A stretch of 64,000 bases of DNA from Spirochaetia bacterium (GCA_965198005.1 CBDAOI010000004.1:1504001-1568000), one strand, 5' to 3'; shown: positions 32,166-41,415, numbered from the stretch's first letter. Translations and numbers: made by a program. The notes: a model not told the origin generated them from the letters alone.

Positions 32166-32499
32166 GGAGGCACCTCCAGAAAGCGAGTCTAATCTAACGA
32201 ACGGCGTCGTGAATCTCCATATCGTGGCTGTGGTCCGCGGCGCCGGCGGCAGGCGGGCGATCCCCAAATGAGGGCGAGATCAGGCCCGCCCGGCACTCTG
32301 CCGTCCGACAGCAGAAGCGTCCGGTGCGTCGCATCGCCGCCAAACGGGAGATCAATTCACCAGCTCGACGAACACCTCGAACGTCTCCCGGCATTCGCCG
32401 GCGACGGCAGTGATCCGATAGGCTCCGCCCATTGGGACTGCGATACCGGCATTGCCCGATTCTCTCACCGCAACGCCGTCCAGAAACCAGGCGAGATCG

Positions 32500-32850
32500 G
32501 GGTGGTTCCACTGACGGCGACATCCACCCCGAGGCCAGCATCGGCGAGCGGTTCTTCATCGACCACGGCACGGGAGTGGTGATCGGCGAGACCTGCGATC
32601 GGGCGCAACGTGCGGGGATCTATCAGGGCGCCACGCTCGGGGCCAAGAGCCGCCCGCTGGACCGTCACGGCAGCCGGTGAAGGGGATACCGCGCCACCCG
32701 ATCGTGGAAGACAGCGTGATCATCTACTCGGGGGCGACCATCCTGGGGCGCACGCGGCTCGGCCGGGGTTCGATCATCGGCGCCAACACGTGGGCGACGC
32801 CGGACGTGGAGCCGGAATACAGCCTCTATCCGTCGGACGCCATGGTAGCA
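32500..32850 (+). pseudogene. cysE: Serine O-acetyltransferase remnant
   Basis: [55 protein letters not shown] across frames. Confidence 0.85.
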
Positions 32851-32889
32851 TGAGCCCGCTGCCAAGGATTCTGGCATGTCTCTCGATCG

Positions 32890-33251
32890 TATCAATAGGG
32901 TGTAAGTCTCGAATTGAGCGATTAGAGGGGGTCTGGTGCGACTCCAGGACAGGTTGGACGCGCGACGGTGACAAAGTGTCACGCGCCGGGAGGTAGCGGC
33001 TCCCAGCACCGGTACTGCGGCTGTCCCGGAGGCAGCGGTCGGCGTGATGGCAGGCGGGGGAAATGGGTGCGAGGTTTGCCCCGGTTTGGGCCGTTTGGGG
33101 TAGGGGGTAGCAAAGCCTCCCAGTCGATAGCACAATGGCTATGACTGGGAGGTCAACTATGGATAGGGTGTAGGTCTCGTATTGAGTGAATCAGAGGGGC
33201 AAGATCTGGTTTGGAGGACGATTGCAGCGCAGGGGTGACAAAGTGTCACGC
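32890..33251 (+). repeat. Diverged ~95-bp direct repeat (32890-32984 and 33158-33251)
   Basis: TATnnATAGGGTGTA(A/G)GTCTCG(A/T)ATTGAG..AGAGGGG, then GGTGACAAAGTGTCACGC at conserved spacing (73 vs 72 bp). Confidence 0.85.
33116..33152. other. Strong stem-loop
   Basis: CCTCCCAGTC-G-ATAGC-acaatg-GCTAT-GACTGGGAGG. Confidence 0.8.
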
Positions 33252-33543
33252 AGGGCGGTGCGAGCGCGTGCGACCGCTGACCTCCTCGGGCGCGCCCGAG
33301 CGGGCGCGGGGTGCTCTCCAAAAAAAATCGAAAAATCGCTGTTGAGCGGCGTTTGGAGCTTGACACGGTTTTCACAGCTCGCCGCGGCCCCGCGCCAACC
33401 CACGCCACAATCTCCCGCACAAGCGGCGTAGCCTGCGCTGGAGCGGCCGCCAACCCAATCCGGCCCCGAAACTCCAAAATCGCCGAACCAAGCCCGTCAC
33501 GGCCGCGTACGGCCCCGTCCAAAACCGGGTGTACCATACAGCC

Positions 33544-35223
33544 ATGGAAACCGCCATGGAACAATCAGCATCCCGCACGGCGCCGCCACCGGCCCCGGCG
33601 CCGGCCGCCCCGCTCGACCTGGATCAGCTCGGCGACCGCATCGCCGAACTCTCCGCCCGCATCCAGGCCGCCACCTACGACCTGCTCTGTGACCTACGCG
33701 ACTTCGACCGCCGCCACGGCTGGGAAGGCTTCCGCTCCTGCGCCCACTGGCTCAACTGGCGCACCGGCCTCGACCTCGGCGCCGCGCGCGAGAAGCTGCG
33801 CGTGGCCGCCGCCCTGGCCGACCTCAACCACGTGAGCGCCGCCATGGCCTGCGGCGTGCTGTCCTATTCGAAGGTACGGGCGCTTTCTCGGGTGGCGACC
33901 CCGCTCACCGAGGCGCGGCTGCTGGCGGTGGCGTGCGGCGCGACCGCCGAGCAGGTGGAGCGGCTGGTGCGCGGCTGGCGGCGGGTGGACCGGGAGGCGG
34001 CGGCGGCCGGCGACGATGGCGCGCAGGTGCGCCTGGCGCGGCGCGGGTTGAGCCTGCGGGTGGACGAAGACGGGACGGTGGTGCTGCGCGGGCGGTTGCT
34101 GCCGGAGGTGGGGGCGGTGGTGCTGCGGGCGCTGGAGGCGGCGCTGGAGCAGGTGCCGGCGGCGGCGGCGGACGGCACGGAGTGCACTGCCTCGCAACGG
34201 CGCGCGGATGCGCTGGGGGTGGTGGCGGAGAGCGCGCTGGCCGGCAAGCTGGACCCGGGCGCGGCCGGTGACCGCTACCAGGTGACGGTGCACGTGGACG
34301 CGGCGGCGTTGGCCGCCGGTGAGACTGCCCCCGAGACTGCCTCCGACGCGCCGGAGATTTCCGCGGAAACGTGCGCCGGTGCTCCGGCCGCGGCAGCGAG
34401 CGCCCCGGCTGCGTCGGCAGCCGGCTGCGCGGCCGCTGACGCCGGCGCAGTTTCAGCGGAAACGCGGGGCACCGGCCGGACTGCGCCACCGGCGATGCCG
34501 GCAGCACCGTGCGCCGCCGGTGAGACTGCCGCCCAGCCGGTCGCACCGCCGGTCACCGCTCCCGTCGCGGACGCCCCTGAGCACACCGCCGCCGGCGCGC
34601 AGGTCCCCGCACCGGTGGCGCCGGCGCCGGCAGCCGACTCCACCCCCGCCGCCGGCGCGGCGGTCATCGAACAGGCGAATGGCATTCACCTCGCTGCGAC
34701 CGCAGCCCGCCGCATCGCCTGCGACGCCGGCCGCGTGCTGGTGACCCACGCTCCCGACGGCGCAGTCCTGGAGGTCGGGCGCAGAACGCGCACGGTGCCG
34801 ACTCCGTTGCGCCGCGCGCTGGAGGTCAGAGACCACCATCAGTGTCAGTTCCCCGGCTGCCAGCTCCGCCACTGCGACGCGCATCACGTCGTGCACTGGG
34901 CGGACGGCGGGGCGACGCGGCTCGAGAATCTCGTTTTGTGCTGTCGCTACCACCACCGGGCGGTGCACGAGGAGGGGTTTCAGGTGGTCTCTGACGGGGA
35001 TGGGCAGTTTGTGTTCCGGCGGCCGGATGGTACGCCGCTGCCGGCGGTGCCGGTGGCGCCGCGTTGGGAGGGAGCGCCGCTGGAGCCGACCGAGGCGCGG
35101 CTACGGCAGGCGGGGATCACGATCGGCCCGCATACGGCGACGCCGGAGTGGTACGGGGAGTCGCTCGACCTGGCGGCGTCGCTCGACGTGCTTTGGGAAC
35201 CGCCGCCGGCCGGCGGTTCATGA
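33544..35223 (+). CDS. DUF222 (13E12-repeat-like) HNH endonuclease
   Basis: GFRSCAHWLNWRTG..AREKLRVA, LSYSKVRALSR, RRIACDA, RRALEVRD..CQFPGC..DAHHVVHWADGGATRLENLVLCCRYHHRAVHE; start at ATG 33544 or GTG 33529. Confidence 0.92.
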   Translation: METAMEQSASRTAPPPAPAPAAPLDLDQLGDRIAELSARIQAATYDLLCDLRDFDRRHGWEGFRSCAHWLNWRTGLDLGAAREKLRVAAALADLNHVSAAMACGVLSYSKVRALSRVATPLTEARLLAVACGATAEQVERLVRGWRRVDREAAAAGDDGAQVRLARRGLSLRVDEDGTVVLRGRLLPEVGAVVLRALEAALEQVPAAAADGTECTASQRRADALGVVAESALAGKLDPGAAGDRYQVTVHVDAAALAAGETAPETASDAPEISAETCAGAPAAAASAPAASAAGCAAADAGAVSAETRGTGRTAPPAMPAAPCAAGETAAQPVAPPVTAPVADAPEHTAAGAQVPAPVAPAPAADSTPAAGAAVIEQANGIHLAATAARRIACDAGRVLVTHAPDGAVLEVGRRTRTVPTPLRRALEVRDHHQCQFPGCQLRHCDAHHVVHWADGGATRLENLVLCCRYHHRAVHEEGFQVVSDGDGQFVFRRPDGTPLPAVPVAPRWEGAPLEPTEARLRQAGITIGPHTATPEWYGESLDLAASLDVLWEPPPAGGS

Positions 35224-35347
35224 CGGCCGCGCCACCTGCCGGCGGGATGCGCCCGCGCATGGTCGAGCTGGCACACGGCCGTGCTGCCTTGACCGGTCAA
35301 TTTGAGACCTACGCCGTATCAATAGGCGCGTCGCTGATGGCACACGG

Positions 35348-35617
35348 TCATCGACGCTTCCGGATTGCAGACGGTGGACTGAAGGGCTCGATCCGGGGAT
35401 TGGAGTAAGGACCTTCCACTTGCCATCCCGAACCACTCCGAACCTTGGCCGCCGCGCTGTCCGCCACGAGGATCGTGAACAGGCCCTCGTCAGAGTCGAT
35501 CTCTACAACACCGAAGCTCTCGTCGAATTCCGCCGCGGTGAGTCCGTATCGAGAACGCACCGACGCTACGGTCGGCCGCTTCCCTTTCGCGCGAATTGTG
35601 AGCATTACTCCGCTCAT
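35348..35617 (-). CDS. Small hypothetical protein downstream of S8 peptidase
   Basis: Intact 89-aa ORF, ..FDESFGVVEID..GPYSNPRIEPF. Confidence 0.65.
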   Translation of the reverse strand: MSGVMLTIRAKGKRPTVASVRSRYGLTAAEFDESFGVVEIDSDEGLFTILVADSAAAKVRSGSGWQVEGPYSNPRIEPFSPPSAIRKRR

Positions 35618-35626
35618 GAATTCATC

Positions 35627-36560
35627 CTAACCACATGCGAACCGGTCGGCGATCCAGCAACCGTTCACGGTGCCCCATCCGTACTCGAAGTCGTAGCCGA
35701 TACCACCGGCTTCCTTGGCGCTCTTAGTGAGTATGTCCCGTACGGCCGCCGGGGATGTTTCGGGTCGGGACGGGTCGTACGGGAGCTTTGTACGCAGCGC
35801 CGCCACGACACCGGCCACGACAGGTGTGGCAGCCGATGTGCCCGCATCCGCCGCGTACACGCCGGAGCCCTTGAAGTGGGTGTATCCCGCGAGATCCGGC
35901 TTGCGCCGTGCCAGACGGCCCGGTCCGATGCTAGAGTATCCCACGCGGTTCCTGGTCACGTCGACACCGGCGACACACGTCACCTGGGGATGAGAGTTCG
36001 CGCCGTAAATCGTGTTCGCCGTGATGTTCTGGCATCGCGGATCGGGGCAGTCCGGGCCGCAGTTGCCCGCAGCAAACAGGATGTCGGCGCCCGCGCGTTC
36101 CAGGACTCCTACGATGCGATTGAACGGATGGTTCTGATTGTCGCTGTAGTTGCCGGGCAGTCGGCGTATACGCCGACCACGCTCTCGCTGGCCTTCACTT
36201 CCCTGTTGAACGCGGATTGCGCCTTGTCGGCAACGGACCCACGCAGGAGGTATGTCGCGTGTTTCGGGTCCAGGTCGGGTACGTATGTCGGCAACGGACC
36301 CACGCGTGTTTCGGGTCCAGGTCGGGTACGTAGCGTTCGCTCACGTCGAGCGAATTCGTCGGCGGTCCGATGGGCATGCGTGCGGGTACGTCAATCGGGG
36401 CGAACGTCGTGTCCCATTCAATCGCGCTCAGCGTGGGAGCCGCCTTGTCGTCGAGGCTGCGCTTCCCTGCGAATCCTGCCGTTCGACAAGCTTCGTGTAG
36501 TTCGTCGGAGTGTTTTGCTTCGACAATGACTTGAAATGGTCTATCGGACGCTTGACGCAC
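35627..36560 (-). pseudogene. S8 (subtilisin-like) serine peptidase, central part deleted or rearranged
   Basis: GADILFAAGNCG, ANSHPQVTCVAGVD, YSSIGPG..KPDL, GTSAATPVVAGVVA, YGWG. Confidence 0.82.
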
Positions 36561-36699
36561 CTCTCGCCTCCTTGAGCGGTCGTCGACCTCGTCTTTGTCA
36601 ATCGGCCCGCGGAATTTCGAGAGTTACATTGAGATGTATTGTGTCGCTTGTCAACGCCCCAGTGGGCGCAAACGCCGCCGGATGACGGTTGCTGGAGCG

Positions 36700-36870
36700 C
36701 ATCTCGGCGCCGGAGTGCCAACCGCGGGGCGTATGGTGGCTCCGCCATCGACGCCGAATTGCAGGCCGAGGGTGAGCGAGTCGGACAGCAGCGGGTGGCG
36801 AGGCTGATGCAGCAGGACCGGCAGCGAACGGGTCAGTCGCCGCGCTCGGCCAGCACCACAACGCGTGACG
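36700..36870 (+). mobile_element. IS3-family OrfB N-terminal remnant
   Basis: NRGAYGGSAIDAELQAEGERVGQQRVARLMQQ. Confidence 0.65.
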
Positions 36871-36956
36871 CGGTGTCTGAGCGACTGACCGCGCTGCGCA
36901 GGTTGGCCGGGATGATCACCTGGACGCCGCCGCCGTAGTAGTGCAGCGCCCGCTCG

Positions 36957-37274
36957 TTGGAGCGGATCCAGTCCTCACGTTGTTGCGTGGCGCTTGGTCT
37001 CCACATAGGTCAGTTCGCTGGCCCCGAGGATCGCCACGAACGTTTCCACCGGCTGCGCCGCGTTCAATACCCCTTGACGTTGACCAGATTGAAGGCCGAT
37101 CCTCTGTTGTCAGGGTTCACAGAAGAACAGATAGAGACGACTCTCTACCAGATGGAATTGGGCAATCTCGTCCGCTCTGAAAACATGGAGCGAGCGGTCG
37201 ACGGGAACGACAGGATTATCCAGATAGCAGAGTCTGGTATGCGTATAGTCGAGCGAGATTGTGTTCCTATGTGA
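36957..37274 (+). CDS. Hypothetical protein (winged-helix-like?)
   Basis: Lower-GC ORF with protein-like composition; family not recognised. Confidence 0.35.
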   Translation: MERIQSSRCCVALGLHIGQFAGPEDRHERFHRLRRVQYPLTLTRLKADPLLSGFTEEQIETTLYQMELGNLVRSENMERAVDGNDRIIQIAESGMRIVERDCVPM

Positions 37275-37280
37275 TCGTCC

Positions 37281-37590
37281 ATGCCGAGCCGCCTGCGCGA
37301 GGCGGTGATCAAGAATACCATGCCCGAGCATCTGGTCGGGCATGGGTCGCGCGACTCGACGGCGATCGAGGGGCGCGAGAAAGCGACGCCGAAACCGCCG
37401 TCTCGGGCCAAGCCCAGGCGCAAGCCGGGCGTCCGTGCAGGGGCGAGGAACGACCGAATGATGAGCCGACACGTCTACATCGGCAGCGGGAAATGACGCC
37501 GGCACAGAATGCTCGACGACCTGCCCCAGGCGTGTGATGTCGGCACCAATCGCAACGCCAAGAGATACCAGCAATCCTGGATCGGGCTGC
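37281..37590 (+). mobile_element. IS5/IS1182-like transposase remnant
   Basis: PSRLREAVIK..LVGHGSRDSTAIEGREK; LDDLPQACDVGTNRNAKRYQQSWIG. Confidence 0.6.
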
Positions 37591-37659
37591 CGGCTCGTTC
37601 GGACGGTGAGACTCACGACCGCTTCGGCGGTTACTCGGCCGCTCGGCGAGAGCGGCAAA

Positions 37660-38409
37660 TCAGTCGGACGCGGTCAGGACCTCGGTGTGATCGGCGAAGA
37701 TCGCGATGGTGTGCTCGAAGTGGGCGGAGGGCCGACCGTCGCTGGTGACCACGGTCCAGCCGTCGGACAGCACCTCGGTGTCGCCGGTGCCGAGGTTGAG
37801 CATCGGCTCGACCGCCAGCACCATGCCCGGCTTCAGGCGCGGGTTGTTGCCGCGGCCGGGAACGTTGGGAATCTGCGGCTCTTCGTGCACCGCGAACCCC
37901 AGCCCGTGGCCGCAGTACTGGCGCACCACGCCATACCCGGCGCGATGGGCGTGATTGAAAATGGCGCGTGAGACGTCCTTTACCCGGTTGCCGGCCACCG
38001 CCTGCTCGATGCCGCGCCACAGGCACTGCTCGGTCGTGTCCACCAGTTTGCGCAGCTCGGCCGAGATCGTCCCCACCGGCACGGTCAACGCGGCGTCACT
38101 GAAGTAACCGTCGATCTCGACCCCGAGGTCGAGGCCGACGATGTCGCCCTCCCGCAAGCGCCGGTTGCCCGGTATGCCGTGGATCACCGCGTCATTGATC
38201 GAGACGCAGATCGCGGCCGGATAGTCCATGTAGCCCAGGAACGCCGGTCGCGCGTTGCGGGCTGCGAGGTGGGCCGCCGCCAAGTCGTTGAGTTGACGCG
38301 CGCTTATGCCCACGGCGACGTGGGCGCGCAGCAGCATCAGGGTCTCCCGGAGAACGGTGGCCGTTTCTCGAATCCGGTCGATTTCGGCCGGGCTCTTCAG
38401 GCTCGTCAT
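37660..38409 (-). CDS. map: Type I methionine aminopeptidase
   Basis: CVSINDAVIHGIP, DLGV..GYFSDAA, YCGHGLG..HEEP, AVEPM, AHFEHT. Confidence 0.97.
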   Translation of the reverse strand: MTSLKSPAEIDRIRETATVLRETLMLLRAHVAVGISARQLNDLAAAHLAARNARPAFLGYMDYPAAICVSINDAVIHGIPGNRRLREGDIVGLDLGVEIDGYFSDAALTVPVGTISAELRKLVDTTEQCLWRGIEQAVAGNRVKDVSRAIFNHAHRAGYGVVRQYCGHGLGFAVHEEPQIPNVPGRGNNPRLKPGMVLAVEPMLNLGTGDTEVLSDGWTVVTSDGRPSAHFEHTIAIFADHTEVLTASD

Positions 38410-38861
38410 CCAGCTTCGGCAACACGATTCCGGTCGACCCGCAAGGGGGCCTTCTTGGGACCTTCAAACGCCTCGGCGGCGTCGGCTCCGTAGGAACTGG
38501 TAACGGTTTCCACGACCTGGTCGGGGTTGTCCGGCGTAATCGTGACGTTGCCGCTGGTCACCACTCCCGGCTCCAGCGTCAGTTTGGGGGTGGTGATGTT
38601 GCCCAGGATCTTGCCGGTTTGCATCACGTAGACCTCTTCGGTAGCGGTGATGTTCCCGATCAGGGTGCCGGCAACGACCACCCGGGTGGTGGAGACGTCG
38701 GTCTTCGCCTGCCCGGAGCGGCCCACCACGACCTCACCGCTGCTGAGCACCGTTCCCTGAAACTTGCCTTCGATGTGAATCGTGCCGCTGATCTGAAACC
38801 GGCCGTCGAAGATCGAACCCTCGCCGATGATGCAGTTCGCCGTGTTTTTTTTGATTGCCAT
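38406..38861 (-). CDS. Bactofilin (polymer-forming cytoskeletal protein)
   Basis: IIGEGSIFDG..IEGKFQG..VVVAGTLIGNI..GKILGNITTPKLTLEPG. Confidence 0.9.
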   Translation of the reverse strand: MAIKKNTANCIIGEGSIFDGRFQISGTIHIEGKFQGTVLSSGEVVVGRSGQAKTDVSTTRVVVAGTLIGNITATEEVYVMQTGKILGNITTPKLTLEPGVVTSGNVTITPDNPDQVVETVTSSYGADAAEAFEGPKKAPLRVDRNRVAEAG

Positions 38862-38981
38862 GCGTTTCCTCAGGTCCGCGGACCACGCCCGATCATACTC
38901 GTGAGGCGCCGGCGTGGCAACCAATGGACGGCGGGGGATTGGCGTTGCTATTGTTAGTGTCAGGTCAGGCGAGGGGGAAGC

Positions 38982-39329
38982 GTGAACGAGATCGTACCGA
39001 GAGAGCAGGTCTCAAAGCAGGGGGTAAGGGCCGCGGGCGGCATCGCCGGCGGCATCGGGTTGTTGGTGCTGACCGCGCTGCCGCCGCTGGTAGGCGCCAT
39101 CGCGGGCGCTCTGCTGGTCGTTCTGGGGGTCAGCCAGTCCCGCTCCAAGGAGGATCGCCGCCCCGGCTGGCTGCTGGCGGCCGCCGGCGCGGCCGCGCTC
39201 GTGGCCAGCGTCGTGCCCGGGATCGGCGCTGTGGGCGGCACCCTGCTGACCCTGTCCGGCATCGGGCTGCTGGCTACCGGGGGCTACAACCTGTACCAGT
39301 TCATGCGCAATCTGCGGCGCCGGATGTAG
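38982..39329 (+). CDS. Small membrane protein
   Basis: Several Gly/Ala-rich hydrophobic segments. Confidence 0.65.
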   Translation: MNEIVPREQVSKQGVRAAGGIAGGIGLLVLTALPPLVGAIAGALLVVLGVSQSRSKEDRRPGWLLAAAGAAALVASVVPGIGAVGGTLLTLSGIGLLATGGYNLYQFMRNLRRRM

Positions 39330-39388
39330 GCGGCCCGTGCTGCCGGAATCGAATCCTGCGCCACGTCCCGCGTGCCGATAATCAACCC

Positions 39389-39934
39389 GTGAGCAAGCGG
39401 TCACGTCGCAAGAGCCCGGAGTCCGGACCAGCGCCGGCCGTGCGGCGCCGCGTACGTCCGGCTCGGGTGCGGGCCGCTGCGCGCCAGCCGATCCCCTGGA
39501 AGATGATCGGGTTCATCGTCCTGCTGATCCTGTTCACCGCCTTCACGGCGCTGAACCTCGAGCACCGGTCGGACGTCAACATCGGCCTGTATACGTTCAA
39601 GCAGGTACCGGTGTTCCTGACCGGGCTGGTTGCGTTCATCCTTGGTTCCATCCTCGTGCTGCCGCTCGCGCTGCGCCGGCCGCCGCCGGGGCGTCCCGCC
39701 CCGCCCGCGCAGTTGCCGCCGGCGCGGAGCGCGGAGCCTGACGGTGCCGCGGCCGAGCCGGCCGAACCGGGACCGCCCGCGGAACCCACGCCGGCCATGG
39801 CTGATGCGGCCGGCGAGGCTGACCAGCCGGCGCCGCCGGCCCCGGTAGAAAGCGCCGACGGAGCGCCCCCGCGCCGGCGCCGGTGGCCGTTGCGACGCGA
39901 TCGGGATTCGGAGTCGGAGTCGGAGTCGGAGTGA
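39389..39934 (+). CDS. LapA/DUF1049-like membrane protein with low-complexity tail
   Basis: FIVLLILFTAFTALNLEHRSDVNIG..FKQVPVFLTGLVAFILG. Confidence 0.65.
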   Translation: MSKRSRRKSPESGPAPAVRRRVRPARVRAAARQPIPWKMIGFIVLLILFTAFTALNLEHRSDVNIGLYTFKQVPVFLTGLVAFILGSILVLPLALRRPPPGRPAPPAQLPPARSAEPDGAAAEPAEPGPPAEPTPAMADAAGEADQPAPPAPVESADGAPPRRRRWPLRRDRDSESESESE

Positions 39935-41415
39935 CCCCCGCAACCGGGCCGGCGGCCGCGGTGCGCCGCCGCCGGCGCCTGCTGATCGTGCTGGCAAGCA
40001 TGACAGTCTGCCTGCGGCCCGGATTTGCCGCCGAGCCGCCGAGCGACCGCGCGGCCGAGCTCGCGGCCGCGGGCGACTTCGCGGCTGCCATCGAGGTGGT
40101 GGATCAGTGGCTGACGCAGCATCCGGGTGATCCACGGCTGTACCCCATGCTGGTGCAGGTGGTGGCGACGGCGCCGCGGTCGGGCACGGCCCGCGCTTTG
40201 CTGGAGCACTACGGCCGGTTGCTGTCGGCGGAGCAGGCCGGAGTGCTGCGCGCGGCGCCGGCGGACTGGGCCGAGTTGCGCGGGGCCGTGGAGCAGGCGA
40301 TTACCGCACTGGAGCCGGGCGTGCCGGACGCCGCCGAGCGGCGCCAGGTGCTCCTGCTGGAACTGGGCCGGAGTCCGAGCGAACCGGAGGTAGACCCGAT
40401 GGTCGCGTCGGTGGCGGTAACGGCCGGGGCGGCACGGTACGCGGACTGGCATCAGAGTGACGGAATAGAGACGCGGTTGCGCGCCGCGTTCACCTTCGCA
40501 CCCGACCCCGAAGATGGCGGCACCACCGGGGTGATCGCCGGCTACGGACTGGTGTCGCTGCTCGCAACCAGTGGTCGGAACGGGGAGGCGCATACGGTGT
40601 TGGAACAATTGCGTGAGCGTTATCCCCGCAGTCCGGAGTACGCGCTCGCCGCGGTGGAGCTGGACGCTGTCGCCGCCGGCGGATCCCGGTGGCCGCGGAT
40701 CCTGCCGTTGCCGTCACCTGCCATGTTGCTGGGAGCACTGCGCTTGCCCGCGGCAGATCTCGCCGGGGCGGCGCCGTCCGCGCCGGTTGTCCAGCTCGCC
40801 CCCGCCGCGGCGGCGCCGATCGCACCGGAGGAGCCGGCCGCGCAGCCGAAACCTGGCGTGCGCCCTGCACCGGTTGGCGTGGCGGAGCCGCCGCCTCGGG
40901 AACGCGTTGCGGCGGCCGCGCCTGGCGTGCGTCGGGAACCGGAGCCGCTTGCCGGCCATGCAGCCGCGCCGTCGCCGGGATCGGTGACGGTCGCCACGAG
41001 CAGTCCGGTGCGACCGTCGTTCGGGCGAACCAGGTGGACGGAGCCGGTCGAGAGCCCCGCGGCGGAGGCCGTCGAGTCCTCTCCCACGCCGGCGGCGAGC
41101 CGCCCGCACGTCGGACCGATCACGGTCTCGGCCGTGCCGGATCCCGCGGTCTACTTCGTCGAGGTCGGCCGCTTCCACGACTCCGAGAAAGCGCTCGGCA
41201 TGGCCCGCGCCCTGCGCGTAGTGGGATATTCCGCCGCGGTGCGCGAGCGGCTGCAACCGGATGGGGCGGCCATGCAGGTCGTGGCGGTGAGCCGCAACCT
41301 CACGCGCGGGCAGGCCGAACGGTTGCTCATGCGGTTGCGCACCGCCGGCTACGACGGCCAGCTCAATCGGCGGACCCTGCACGAGGCTCTGCGCCGGCCT
41401 GATCGTCAGGGGTGA
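39931..41415 (+). CDS. Exported TPR-like and SPOR domain protein
   Basis: Signal peptide; LEQLRERYPRSPEYAL; C-terminal YFVEVGRFHDSEKA..LRVVGY..AERLLMRLRTAGY. Confidence 0.7.
   Translation: MTPATGPAAAVRRRRRLLIVLASMTVCLRPGFAAEPPSDRAAELAAAGDFAAAIEVVDQWLTQHPGDPRLYPMLVQVVATAPRSGTARALLEHYGRLLSAEQAGVLRAAPADWAELRGAVEQAITALEPGVPDAAERRQVLLLELGRSPSEPEVDPMVASVAVTAGAARYADWHQSDGIETRLRAAFTFAPDPEDGGTTGVIAGYGLVSLLATSGRNGEAHTVLEQLRERYPRSPEYALAAVELDAVAAGGSRWPRILPLPSPAMLLGALRLPAADLAGAAPSAPVVQLAPAAAAPIAPEEPAAQPKPGVRPAPVGVAEPPPRERVAAAAPGVRREPEPLAGHAAAPSPGSVTVATSSPVRPSFGRTRWTEPVESPAAEAVESSPTPAASRPHVGPITVSAVPDPAVYFVEVGRFHDSEKALGMARALRVVGYSAAVRERLQPDGAAMQVVAVSRNLTRGQAERLLMRLRTAGYDGQLNRRTLHEALRRPDRQG

Larger units (their letters stand above)
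32888..35326. mobile_element. Putative mobile element bounded by direct and inverted repeats, carrying DUF222-HNH
   Basis: CGTATCAATAGG at 32888-32899 and 35315-35326; left arm GGTGTAAGTCTCGAATTGA versus reverse-complemented right arm GGCGTAGGTCTCAAATTGA. Confidence 0.7.

Noticed and set aside
32890-33251. Repeats considered as a CRISPR array
   Set aside because: Only two diverged direct copies 268 bp apart plus one inverted partial copy; no regular repeat-spacer period and no cas genes
33544-35223. HNH protein considered as IscB/Cas9-like
   Set aside because: No PLMP or split RuvC motifs seen; the architecture fits DUF222 plus C-terminal HNH
39908-39931. (TCGGAG)x4 tandem repeat
   Set aside because: In-frame hexamer encoding a Ser-Glu tail; length changes would not shift the frame
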